Positions 41,963 to 55,258 of a DNA stretch of 64,000 nt are shown piece by piece. Under the pieces are notes generated by a model, which saw only the letters and a program-made list of their open reading frames with translations, ran no database searches and was not told the DNA's origin. Source of the stretch: an uncultured Chthonomonadaceae bacterium (GTDB lineage Bacteria > Armatimonadota > Chthonomonadetes > Chthonomonadales > Chthonomonadaceae); the NCBI GenBank assembly GCA_963817895.1, contig CAWFQB010000005.1:64001-128000 (forward strand), in the 5' to 3' direction. Position 1 is the first letter of the stretch; each line of letters opens with the position of its first letter. Made by a program: the position numbers and the translations under genes.

Positions 41963-43921
41963 TCACTCTACCGTCACACTCTTCGCCAGATTGCGCGGCT
42001 GGTCTATTTCGCAGCCCCGGACACGGGCGACGTGGTAGGCGAGTAATTGCATCGAAACCATGGTGACAATCGGCATCAGGGCGTCGTGGGTGTTGGGAAC
42101 CGTGATGATCTGGTCGGCGCAATCGGGGGCTTCCTGCCCTTCGCGTATTACCGTAATAATAGTTCCTTCCCGCGCTTTTACCTCTTTGAGGTTGCTGACC
42201 ATTTTTTCATGCGTCGCCGTTTGGGTGCAGAAACCGACAACCGCCACGCCCGGTTCCACAAGGGCGAGTGGCCCATGCTTCATCTCTCCCGCCGGGTACG
42301 CTTCCGCGTGAAGGTAGGAAATCTCTTTCAGTTTGAGCGCGGCCTCCAATGCGGCGGCGAAATCGTACCCGCGTCCCAGATAAAAGTAGCTGTGATGCTG
42401 CGATAGCGACTCGGCCATAGACGCGATGTATGAGTCCTGCGTCAGACACTGCTCAATCAAGTTCGGCAGTTCGCGCAGGGCGGAAATAAGTTCAGCGTTC
42501 AGCATGGAGGAGTGAGCGTTGAGCGCAGAAGTTGTTTCTCCTTGTCTCCCTATCTCCCTGTCTCCCTGTCTCTCCTCTTCCCTCAACTGCGCCAGATACA
42601 GGCCGAGCAGCGTCAATGCCGTCAATTGGGCGAGATAGGCTTTGGTGCTGGCGACGCCGATTTCCGGGCCGGCCTGCGTGAGCAGAATCGCGTCGGCGTC
42701 ACGGGCGAGTGTGCTGCCCACGACATTAACGACGGCAAGGGTTGTCGCGCCTTTGGCTTTGGCTTCGCGCATCGCCGCGAGGGTATCCGCCGTTTCGCCG
42801 GATTGTGAAATCAGGATAACAAGCGTTTCCGCATCCACAAGCGGGTCGCTGTAACGGAACTCGCTCGCAACGCTGGCTTCTACCGGGCGGCGCAATAGCT
42901 GCTCAAACAGGCGCTTGCCGACTACGCCCGCATGATAGGCAGTGCCGCAGCCCACAATCGCGATCCGCCGGAACTTCTCCCAATCGGCAGACGTGAAGGC
43001 AATGCCGGGTAAGGAGATGCTGCCCGTATCGTTCAAGCGTCCGCGCAATGTGTCTCGAACTGTGCGCGGCCCCTCGTAAATCTCTTTCAGCATGAAGTGG
43101 GCAAAACCGCCCTTTTCCGCAGCCGCATCGTCCCACGTCACCTCCAGCGGAACGCGATTTACAGGTTCGCCAATCGCGTTTGTCACTTCAACCGTATCCG
43201 GCGTCAGAATCGCGAAATCGCCGTCCTGAAGCAGAATCACGCGGCGGGTATAGCGCATCACGGCGGGAATATCGGACGCCAGAAAATTCTCGCCCTCGCC
43301 CAATCCAATCACGAGCGGCGAATCTTTGCGAGCAACGAAAACCGTGTCCGGCGCATCCTGCGAAATCACCGCAATCGCATACGACCCGGTCACGCGCATC
43401 AGGGCGCGTCGGATGGCAGAAGGGATGAGGGATGAGGGATGAGGGATGAGGGATGAATCCTTTTCTTCACTCTCCTCTTCTCCTTTTCTCCTTTTCTCCT
43501 TTTCTTCTTCAAGCGTAGCGCCGATAAGGTGCGCCAGAACTTCCGTATCGGTTTCGGACGTGAAGACGATGCCCTGCGCGATCAGTTCGCGGCGCAGTTC
43601 GGCGTAGTTTTCGATGATGCCGTTATGCACGACGGCGAGGCGCCCCGTGCTGTCGCGGTGCGGGTGCGCGTTGGCTTCGCTCGGGCGGCCATGCGTGGCC
43701 CATCGGGTGTGGGCAATGGCGACATGGGACTCGTGGGGTGTTGATTCCAGAGCGCGTTCCAGATTAACGATTTTACCCACCGCGCGCACGATCTGAATTT
43801 TGGAGCAGTTAGGGTACGCGATACCCGACGAGTCGTAGCCGCGATATTCCAGCCGCTTCAAATTCGTCAGCGCGGTTTCCACCGCCGCGCCATGCCCCAC
43901 ATAACCGGTAATTCCACACAT
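41963..43921 (-). CDS. glmS: Glutamine-fructose-6-phosphate aminotransferase
   Basis: MCGI, LEYRGYDS, HTRWATHG, SQSGET, PRNLAKSVTVE; two low-complexity insertions. Confidence 0.97.
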   Translation of the reverse strand: MCGITGYVGHGAAVETALTNLKRLEYRGYDSSGIAYPNCSKIQIVRAVGKIVNLERALESTPHESHVAIAHTRWATHGRPSEANAHPHRDSTGRLAVVHNGIIENYAELRRELIAQGIVFTSETDTEVLAHLIGATLEEEKEKRRKGEEESEEKDSSLIPHPSSLIPSAIRRALMRVTGSYAIAVISQDAPDTVFVARKDSPLVIGLGEGENFLASDIPAVMRYTRRVILLQDGDFAILTPDTVEVTNAIGEPVNRVPLEVTWDDAAAEKGGFAHFMLKEIYEGPRTVRDTLRGRLNDTGSISLPGIAFTSADWEKFRRIAIVGCGTAYHAGVVGKRLFEQLLRRPVEASVASEFRYSDPLVDAETLVILISQSGETADTLAAMREAKAKGATTLAVVNVVGSTLARDADAILLTQAGPEIGVASTKAYLAQLTALTLLGLYLAQLREEERQGDREIGRQGETTSALNAHSSMLNAELISALRELPNLIEQCLTQDSYIASMAESLSQHHSYFYLGRGYDFAAALEAALKLKEISYLHAEAYPAGEMKHGPLALVEPGVAVVGFCTQTATHEKMVSNLKEVKAREGTIITVIREGQEAPDCADQIITVPNTHDALMPIVTMVSMQLLAYHVARVRGCEIDQPRNLAKSVTVE

Positions 43922-43937
43922 AGTACGGTTTCCTTAT

Positions 43938-44064
43938 AGTTGAGGTTGTTAGGTTGCTAGGTTGTTAGGTTGTTAGTTGAATAGGTCATAGCCTTGTTGC
44001 GTAAAAGCGCATAGAATGTTCTTGCGTTATCCTAAACACCTAACAACCTAACAACTAACAACCT
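43938..44064. repeat. Inverted tandem-repeat element, 8-bp unit AGGTTGTT
   Basis: AGGTTGTTAGGTTGCTAGGTTGTTAGG...CCTAACAACCTAACAACTAACAACCT. Confidence 0.9.
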
Positions 44065-44068
44065 GTAT

Positions 44069-44944
44069 TCATGACGTTTTCCCTGCCGTGTTGTGACGGT
44101 TTAAGGCGGCTTCAAAGACAAAGGTGGTTCCCCGGCGTTTCAGGCGTTCGGCCAGCGTCGCCAACTCCTCGCGCTGCGCGTCCGTGAGCGTGTCCGTGAC
44201 CAGTCGCACGGTTTTGCCGTCGAGGGTTGCGCCGCCGAAACTCCACGGATGCCGCTTGCCCAATTTCGTGCTGTCGGCGGCGATAACCACTTCCGGCACG
44301 TTGACGAGCAGTTGTTTGAGGAACGCGGCTTCTTCGGCGCGGTGCGAATACAGGTCGAGCATCCCCTGCGTCGCACTGCTGAACAGAACGCCGCTCGCGC
44401 CGCAGATCGCTACTCCGGGCTGAAACGCGCTGTGGAATTCCGGGGTGTGAAAGGCGCAATCATCGGCAACGTAGATTTCGCCCAACACGCCCGCCGACAG
44501 CCCGCCCGCCACCAATTCCAGCAGGGAGGGAACGCTGTTGGTAAAGACAATCAGGTTGTGGGGCGGTTCGCCCTCGACATGGGAGCGACGCATCTCCTGC
44601 GCAACCGCATACGTGGTGCTGCCCGCCGTGAGCGCGACCGCCATATCATCCGGCAGCGAGCAGACAATCGCGCAGGCAATCGCCTGTTTGCTGTTGGCAT
44701 TGCGTCCAAGCTGATCGGTGAAGTAGCCGGGACTGTAGCCGGAACGCGCCACCATCACCCGACTCCGCCGCACTTCCAGCCCATTGACGCGCTGTAGCAA
44801 TTTCTGAAGATGATCCAGATCGCGGCGAATGGTGCGGGCGTCACAATGCAGGGCAGCGGCAAGCGCGTCCAGTTCCTGCGCTTCGTCGGTTTCGGACAGC
44901 AGTTCCATCAGGCGCATACGGCGCGAGTCAGCCTGTTCTGCCAT
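44069..44944 (-). CDS. DeoR/GlpR family regulator
   Basis: TIRRDL HTH, AGSTT, FTNS, ADSTK. Confidence 0.85.
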   Translation of the reverse strand: MAEQADSRRMRLMELLSETDEAQELDALAAALHCDARTIRRDLDHLQKLLQRVNGLEVRRSRVMVARSGYSPGYFTDQLGRNANSKQAIACAIVCSLPDDMAVALTAGSTTYAVAQEMRRSHVEGEPPHNLIVFTNSVPSLLELVAGGLSAGVLGEIYVADDCAFHTPEFHSAFQPGVAICGASGVLFSSATQGMLDLYSHRAEEAAFLKQLLVNVPEVVIAADSTKLGKRHPWSFGGATLDGKTVRLVTDTLTDAQREELATLAERLKRRGTTFVFEAALNRHNTAGKTS

Positions 44945-45235
44945 TGGGTTTTCCTCCATTGGGATAAGCAACGATGCAAATGGAAACGATTGGAGTGGTT
45001 CCTGTGGGGCGGATACGCGACAAACCTATAGTTCATTATGGCAGTTGAAGGACACAATATCAAGAGCAATGGACACTATTTCCGCAAAATATGACAGAAA
45101 TGTTCAAGCTAAGGGTAGATTGGTGACGAGAAAAATTGCTCTTGACAGTTGGCGCAGAATTCTCTACAATGCAATGGGTAGTCACAATGAAGATGTGGCG
45201 CGGGCATCGGAGCCGAAGGCGCGAACAACGCGGGA

Positions 45236-46003
45236 ATGAGGCGGAACGTGAGCGGTGAAGGGACTCGTAAGCGGAAACGGGGAGGGCGGCTGCGACGCAG
45301 ACGCCTGTTATTGCTGCTGTCCGGGGCAAGCTGCGGGCTGCTGCTAATTTTAGGCATTGGCAGACGCCTGCTGCATCACGAGCCGCCCGCGCCCCCTCCA
45401 CTGCCGCCCGCGCCCCCTCCACTGCCGCCGGTTGTCGCCCTGCCCGAACCGCTCGGCCCGCCCGGAATTGTGATTCACCATTCCGAATCTCCCGCTGTGT
45501 ATCACGGCGTCAAAATGAACGCCGCTCGACTGGAAGCGATTCACCACGAGGAACACCCGGACTGGAAAACGGAGTATCAGGGCAAAACCTACTACATCGG
45601 GTACCACTATGTTATTTTGCCGGACGGCACTGTCGAAACGGGCCGGCCCGAAGGGTGTGTTGGTTCCCATGCCCGTTCGCATAACGATTGGCTCGGTATT
45701 TGTCTGATTGGCGGCTTTCAAACCGATAATCACTGGTTCCCCGAAACCCCGACCAAGCCGCAGATGAAAGCGCTTGTCGCTCTATGCGAACATCTCATGT
45801 CGAAGTACCACATTCCGCCCGAACTGGTGAAGCGGCATCGCGACATCAACGATACATGGTGTCCCGGTGACCGCTTCCCCTACAACAAATTAATCAGGGA
45901 ACTGCAAACCTACGCTGCCGCGCACCCGGAAACCAGGCCAATTCCCGGCAGAATAGTCTCTCTGGAACATCCCCCGCCCCCCGGAAGAAAGAAAAAAGGC
46001 TGA
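45236..46003 (+). CDS. Membrane-anchored N-acetylmuramoyl-L-alanine amidase (Amidase_2)
   Basis: IVIHHS, IGYHYVI, GSHA, GICLIG, HRD, CPG. Confidence 0.9.
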   Translation: MRRNVSGEGTRKRKRGGRLRRRRLLLLLSGASCGLLLILGIGRRLLHHEPPAPPPLPPAPPPLPPVVALPEPLGPPGIVIHHSESPAVYHGVKMNAARLEAIHHEEHPDWKTEYQGKTYYIGYHYVILPDGTVETGRPEGCVGSHARSHNDWLGICLIGGFQTDNHWFPETPTKPQMKALVALCEHLMSKYHIPPELVKRHRDINDTWCPGDRFPYNKLIRELQTYAAAHPETRPIPGRIVSLEHPPPPGRKKKG

Positions 46004-46087
46004 AAGTTGATTGTTGGCGTGAACCTTGCTTACCGATTGCGTCACTAAAGCCTATTACATCATCAAGGGTGAAGGGTAGGGTGCGTT

Positions 46088-46187
46088 GTAGGGGTTCTGC
46101 TTGCTGAACCCTCCTCAACAAGCGGAACTCTCCTCAAACAAAGGCGCAGTAAGTAGCTATATTGGGCGCAGCAAGCAACGCCCCTAC
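46088..46187. repeat. GTAG-type REP doublet
   Basis: Ends are an inverted copy of 2387-2467. Confidence 0.8.
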
Positions 46188-47048
46188 CTGTGTAACTTGT
46201 AGGCGCAGCAGGAACAGGATGGGGCAACTATGAAAATCGCGGCAGCCGTTTGCGCAGTGGTGGCAGGAATGACCTGTATGGCATTGTGGGTTTTACAGAG
46301 TCGCGGCATTCGCAGTTTTGCTCTGGTCCGGCAGGCTTTTCCACGAACGCGCCGCGCTTCGCCTGCTCCTTCCCCGGCGCCCATTCACTCACAAACCGTT
46401 CCGTTTCAGCCGCAATCTGTTCGCTTGCCGGACAACACGCGCGTTGAACTGCAAGCCATCACATGGGGCAACCGGCACCGCTTTCAAACAACGGAATACG
46501 ACCCGCAGCCCGTCCTTCCGAATGATCCGCAGCCCACAAATATAGATGCGCTCGGATTGTGGATCAAAGTAACGCGCGATCCGCAGGGCGCGAACCCGCG
46601 TGCCGGCCTGTACCCACGCGCAATACGCATTTACGATGATAGGGGACAAGAGGCGATGGTATGTGAACCAATGACAACGGTTCAGCCCCTGCCTGATGCC
46701 TCGCATTTGATATGTTTGAGGGCGTATCCGCGCCGGTCGAGAGAAATCGTCGTGGAAGCGGATTATGATAGCCGCGCGCCCACGCGATTTCACATTCCCA
46801 ATCCTCAGATAGCCTCGTCACCGAAGCAGACTCCAAAATCCTTGCCATGCGCAAAACAAGACGGAGAACTGGAAGTCACTCTGGATGGTCTGCATCCTGT
46901 ACCTTCTCTCATGGCGTGGTCGGGGCCACAGGAGCGGCTGGATACGATCCTGCGAATGAAGAAGCTGGACACGCTGGCCGCGTTTCACTATCGCTATCAG
47001 GGACAGGTGGACACGAAGTGGACGCCTGCCGCCGCGCTTAACCTGATT

Positions 47049-48112
47049 AGATACTCCGACAAATAAGTTTGGATTTATTCTTGGCGCGGGTAGAATAGAC
47101 GTATGAACCTTCACGAACTTGGCCGCTATCCCGAAAACAAAGTCCGTTCGCTCTTCGGACTACCCCACGCCGCCTTAGCTGAACTCTTCCTGGCAGCGCT
47201 TCCCGAAATCGAGCGCCGTCGCCAACAAGAACAGGCCAACAAGCCCACGCGCCGCCGCAAGGTGGGAGGCGGCCGCAAACGCCTGCTCAAGCCCTACCAG
47301 GAAGTGTTGCTGACGCTGCTGTACCTGCGCCACAACGTCGCCTTCTCTGTGGTGGGCATGCTGTTTGGCGTCAGCGCCGATGTGGCGGAGAACACCTTCC
47401 ATGAGATTGTCGGCGTCCTCAAAGACGTGTGTCCGGCCAACCGCTGGGAAGCGGAGAAACGCTGGACCAAGAAAGAACCCTCCTGGAAGCCCGAGGAGGT
47501 GGATCAGGTGATTGTGGATAGTTTCGAGACGCCGGTTCCGCGTCCCTCGATTGAACCCAAGCAACGCGCCTTCTACTCGGGCAAGAAGAAAGACCACACG
47601 CTCAAGACCGAGGTCATCACCAACCGCAATGGCGACATTCTTGATGTGGATGCGGGCTATCGCGGCCCGAAGTCGGACAAGAAAGTGCATGAGCAGAGTA
47701 CGGTTGCCAAGCAGTTTCCCCATGCGACGGTCAAAGGCGATCTGGCCTATCAAGGCTTACCCCACAGCGAAGTGCCGCACAAGAAGCCACGCGGAGGCGC
47801 GTTGAGCGCTGTGCAGAAAGAAGAGAACCGCGCCTTTTCCTCAGGGCGTGTGCGTGTCGAACATAGTATCCGGCGCGTCAAAGCGTTTCGGATGGTGCGT
47901 GATGAATATCGTCTGGCGACGGGATTGTTCCGTCGCACTTGCTTCTGTGTGGTGGGTCTGGTGCAATTGATCGCGCTGACACGCGAGCCGCAAGGCGCGT
48001 AAGCCGGGAAAAGTAAACGCGGAAAAAGGGTTTTCGACGGGTGGAGTGTGTCTGCTCCACCTGAGCGCTAGCCTGCCTCAAAACAGCCTATATACTATTT
48101 GTCGGAGTATCT
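47049..48112 (+). mobile_element. IS5-superfamily (ISL2/DDE_Tnp_4-like) element
   Basis: TIR AGATACTCCGACAAATA / TATTTGTCGGAGTATCT; flanks ATT and AAT. Confidence 0.9.
47103..48002 (+). CDS. Transposase (HTH_Tnp_4 + DDE_Tnp_4-like)
   Basis: GGGRK, YLRH, IVDSFE, YSGKKKDH, GDLAYQG, RVRVEH. Confidence 0.92.
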   Translation: MNLHELGRYPENKVRSLFGLPHAALAELFLAALPEIERRRQQEQANKPTRRRKVGGGRKRLLKPYQEVLLTLLYLRHNVAFSVVGMLFGVSADVAENTFHEIVGVLKDVCPANRWEAEKRWTKKEPSWKPEEVDQVIVDSFETPVPRPSIEPKQRAFYSGKKKDHTLKTEVITNRNGDILDVDAGYRGPKSDKKVHEQSTVAKQFPHATVKGDLAYQGLPHSEVPHKKPRGGALSAVQKEENRAFSSGRVRVEHSIRRVKAFRMVRDEYRLATGLFRRTCFCVVGLVQLIALTREPQGA

Positions 48113-48804
48113 AATACATACATGGCAAGTGAGCGGGCGCTGTATCCCAACAATCAGGATGATGGCACGGGAAGAGGCGTTTACAAAGGCGTACAATACT
48201 ATCAGGCGGATGATGGCGAACCGCTGACATTGGGCGTCTGGTTTTACCGCGTTGCCGAAGCCGACTTCGCGCCCGAAGAGCAGGCCACAATTGCTAATGT
48301 ACACTACGCGCCGCAGGCGCGCGTTGATTACGGGGCGGCGAAGGCGCGATGGCACGGCACAAACCTACAGGTGCAGGAGATACGCGAATGTGAATGTGTG
48401 GGAACGCGAACATGTCTGGAAGTTCATGCGGCAGGACTGCCGCCGCACACCCAATTGCTGCTGCAGGCTCGTGACGAACATGGCGCAATGGCTCAGGGCG
48501 TTGTCGGACTGACGCCCCATAGCAAATGGATACCCGGCAACGCGCTCCGTGACCCTGAAATTATAAATGGTCGCCCTGTGACAAATTCTTCCTACCAGCG
48601 TATCCAATTCCTGATGGATTTACCACCCGGCGCGTCAACTTTGACGCTGACATTTGCCATCAATCAGGCGCATTATCTGGAATTCACGCCGCCGTCAACG
48701 ATCAAAGCGACAGGGCGGGCAATTGTATCGCGTTGATAGAACATAGATCGTCTTAGCGCGCCGCGCCTGCCTGTTTGAACATGATAATGTGTTTCCATGC
48801 TGAG

Positions 48805-49422
48805 TTAATATCTGGCTCCCTGTTTCGCCAGATAATTAGCAATCTCACCGTGTCCCATCACGCTTGCGTTTACGAATGGAGTTGCATTGCAGGCGTCAGG
48901 CGCGTTGATATCCGCGCCGTGTTCAACGAGGAACTGCACGTTTTCCAGCGCGCCGCTCCGGCAGGCTAATGTGAGCGCGGTTTCTCCCCGACGGTTGCGC
49001 AGATTGACGTTGGCATGATGCTCGACAAGGGCGTGAATAATGGCGACAAAGTTGCCGCTGTTGCCGCGTGACGGATCGTTGGTAAAGCGGGCGGCGAACA
49101 TCACCGGCGTATCCCCTTCGGGCGTGGCAAGGTCGGGATTTGCGCCGTACTTCAGCAGCAAGCGCGTGGTTTCCACGGAACCGACTGCCGACGCGGTACA
49201 AAGCGCGGGAAATCCTTCCGCTCCCCTGACATTGGGACTACAGCCCATTTGCAGCGCCTGCTCGACGCGGGGCGAATTGGCGCAGTCAATCCACATCCAC
49301 ACCTCGCGGCCATGCCAGCGACAATACAGACTGTAACAAAAGAGCATCAGGAAAAACGCGCATACGCCGCCCGCGCAGGCGAGCGCTTTGCGTATGGGAG
49401 CCGATAATCTTCGCAGGCGCAT
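48805..49422 (-). CDS. Ankyrin repeat protein with N-terminal TM
   Basis: GDTPVMFAA, GETALTLAC, LVEHGADIN. Confidence 0.88.
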   Translation of the reverse strand: MRLRRLSAPIRKALACAGGVCAFFLMLFCYSLYCRWHGREVWMWIDCANSPRVEQALQMGCSPNVRGAEGFPALCTASAVGSVETTRLLLKYGANPDLATPEGDTPVMFAARFTNDPSRGNSGNFVAIIHALVEHHANVNLRNRRGETALTLACRSGALENVQFLVEHGADINAPDACNATPFVNASVMGHGEIANYLAKQGARY

Positions 49423-49434
49423 AAATAATCTCCT

Positions 49435-50296
49435 TTACGAACTCCGCAGCCGGGATAAAAACTGCTCGAAATTGTGCTGGGGTTCGTAGCCCAGCGCTTC
49501 GGTGGCTTTGGTAATGTCGTATCGCGTGTGGAGGTGGGGAACGCGCAGGTTGTGGTGGGCCAGCAGTTCGGTTGCGCCCGGATAATAGCGTTCGACGACG
49601 CTCATTGGGTCGTTCGCCAGTTCGGGCCAGTCCTCATCCACAAAGGGCTTGGCGCTCTCAATGAGAAACGTTTCGCATTTGAACTCTTCCGCTACGATTG
49701 CGCCCAGCGCCAGTTCGTTGGCCTGCGCCACGTCCTCGCGGTCCAGCCAGTTATCCAACCGCCCCATGCCCGCCGCTTTCCAATCGGCGGGCATAAACAT
49801 GCCGTAGCGCAGAATGGCGATGCGAAATCCGTGCGCGCGGGCATAATAGCGGCACATCTCCTCGCTCATATGCTTGGTCAGCGGGTAGATGTGCGTGGGA
49901 ACGCAGGCGACGTTCTCATCCATCACGCGAATTCCCCGCATCCCTTCCCCATACACCTGATCCGTTGACGAATACACCAGATTTGGAATTTGATGCAGCA
50001 GCATGGCGCGTAAAATGTTGTGCGTTCCCGTGACATTGACGCTGTAGTAATCGTCCATGTTACGCGAATCCGCCGACGCGGAATGGAACGCGACGGCATG
50101 AATGCACGGCGTCGCAGCCCTGCATGGCGTGGGTGACGGCAGCCGCGTCGCGTATGTCGGCCTGAATGCTGACGCTGCCTTCCGGGGCAAACATCGGTTC
50201 CAGATCGAACAGCACCAGTTGATGCCCCGAACTCAGCAGACGCGGAATTAGCGCAAGTGGAAAGTTGCCCCGCGCCCCCGTAATCAGTATTTTCAT
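49435..50296 (-). CDS. NAD-dependent epimerase/dehydratase, frameshift near 50100
   Basis: ILITGARG, NVTGT, YSST, YPLTK. Confidence 0.85.
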
Positions 50297-50572
50297 AACT
50301 TTTCCTTCCGAACACCCAACGCCCGACGCTCACCGCCGAATATACCTTTAATCCTACCTGTCATTGTAGTACGTATCGCGTTTCAGGTCAAGCGTTTTCA
50401 TGAAAATAGTCTGTATCGCGTAGAAAGCCCCACACGAGCGACACGAATTTAATGTAAGCGCGTATGATATAGCGGCGCGGGCAACTACAGAAAGACGCGA
50501 TCAGAAAAAGATCGAAGCGTAGCGACTGCCTGATGCTCTTCAATAATATAATCTGCCAATTACGAAAAAATC

Positions 50573-51505
50573 GTGGATAATAACATTGTGAAACCAGATG
50601 AATCATTTCCAAGTCGTCCCCCCCTCGCTTCCGGTTTGGACGCGCTTAATTCCGTCTCGCATGACGCCGCTTTAGATGCGCTGGCGCAGGCCATTGCCGG
50701 GGAGGAAGCGGCGATTGATATTGCGCTGTCAGCCCTGCTCATAGCTGTAGACCACTATCCCCGGCTGGATGTTGCCGCCTACCAACGGCAGTTGGACATT
50801 CTGGCGTGCGAAGCCGGACAACGAATCGGTAAAACGCGCCGCCCCGAACAGATTATCGAAACCCTGAACGCCTATCTTTTTGAAGAGCAGGGCTTTTCAG
50901 GCAATGCTGAAGACTACTACAATCCCGCCAACAGTTTTCTTCACGAGGTTCTGGATACGCGCCGGGGACTGCCGATTACTCTGAGCATCGTGTACATGGC
51001 GGTGGCGCTGCGATTGGGCCTTTCGGTCAGCGGGGTCGGTTTACCGCTGCATTTCATCGCGCGCTACGATCCCCCTCCGCAATCCGGCAACGCGGCCCCA
51101 ATTCTCATTGACCCATTTCACGGCGGCGAAATCCTCACGCCCGAAGGCTGCCGGGAACGCATCGAGAGTGTTCTGGGACACGCGATTGTGTTTGACCCCG
51201 CGTATTTGCAGCCCACTCCCAAACGCCTTATTTTGTACCGCTTGCTGAACAATCTGAAACAGGTTTACGTGCAGCGCGAAGAGCCGGCAAAAGCGGGGCG
51301 CGTTGTGGAACAGATGCTTGTCGTCGCGCCCGACAGCGTGGAGGACATTCGTGACCGGGGGCTGCTGTTTTTACAGGACCGCGCCTATGCCCGCGCCATA
51401 AACTGGCTGACGCGCTATCTGGAACGCCTGCCCGACGCTGAAGACGCCACCCCGGTACAGCGCGCCATTCAGCAGGCGTATATTTTGCGGGCGCAGTTGA
51501 ATTAG
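50573..51505 (+). CDS. SirB1/transglutaminase-like protein with TPR
   Basis: DYYNPANSFL, RGLPITLS, PLHF, IDPF, RLLNNLK, RDRG. Confidence 0.88.
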   Translation: MDNNIVKPDESFPSRPPLASGLDALNSVSHDAALDALAQAIAGEEAAIDIALSALLIAVDHYPRLDVAAYQRQLDILACEAGQRIGKTRRPEQIIETLNAYLFEEQGFSGNAEDYYNPANSFLHEVLDTRRGLPITLSIVYMAVALRLGLSVSGVGLPLHFIARYDPPPQSGNAAPILIDPFHGGEILTPEGCRERIESVLGHAIVFDPAYLQPTPKRLILYRLLNNLKQVYVQREEPAKAGRVVEQMLVVAPDSVEDIRDRGLLFLQDRAYARAINWLTRYLERLPDAEDATPVQRAIQQAYILRAQLN

Positions 51506-51614
51506 GTTGTTAGGTTGTTAGGTTGTTAGTTGTTAGGCCGTCAAGTTCTATGTTCTGGTTGAACGAATTTAATGAATCCTAACTAACAACTTAACAACTA
51601 ACAACCTAACAACT
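51503..51614. repeat. Inverted tandem-repeat element, 8-bp unit AGGTTGTT
   Basis: Same unit as 43938-44064, different spacer. Confidence 0.9.
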
Positions 51615-51633
51615 CGGAAGCGGGGTATCCCAA

Positions 51634-55097
<3,464 letters not shown>

Positions 55098-55103
<6 letters not shown>

Positions 55104-55239
55104 ACCATGATTAGGCATGATTTAAATGATTGCCATGATCCCTGATGGAAGATAAACCGCGTGATTAAAGGACGGCTGTAAGAAACGCGCCTCCTCAATC
55201 ATGTTAATCATCTAAATCATGCCTAATCATGGTTCAAGA
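55098..55239. repeat. Inverted tandem-repeat element, ~9-10-bp ATGATT-containing unit
   Basis: TCTTGAACCATGATTAGGCATGATTTA...TAAATCATGCCTAATCATGGTTCAAGA. Confidence 0.9.
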
Positions 55240-55258
55240 CAAAGATACAGGGTGACGT

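Larger units (their letters stand above)
46230..48736 (+). pseudogene. Exported hypothetical protein interrupted by an IS
   Basis: Removing 47049-48115 fuses ORFs 46230 and 48122 in frame (LNLI-TYMASE). Confidence 0.7.

Noticed and set aside
45382..45428. 21-bp tandem duplication in the amidase gene
   Set aside because: An ordinary proline-rich linker (PPAPPPL twice).
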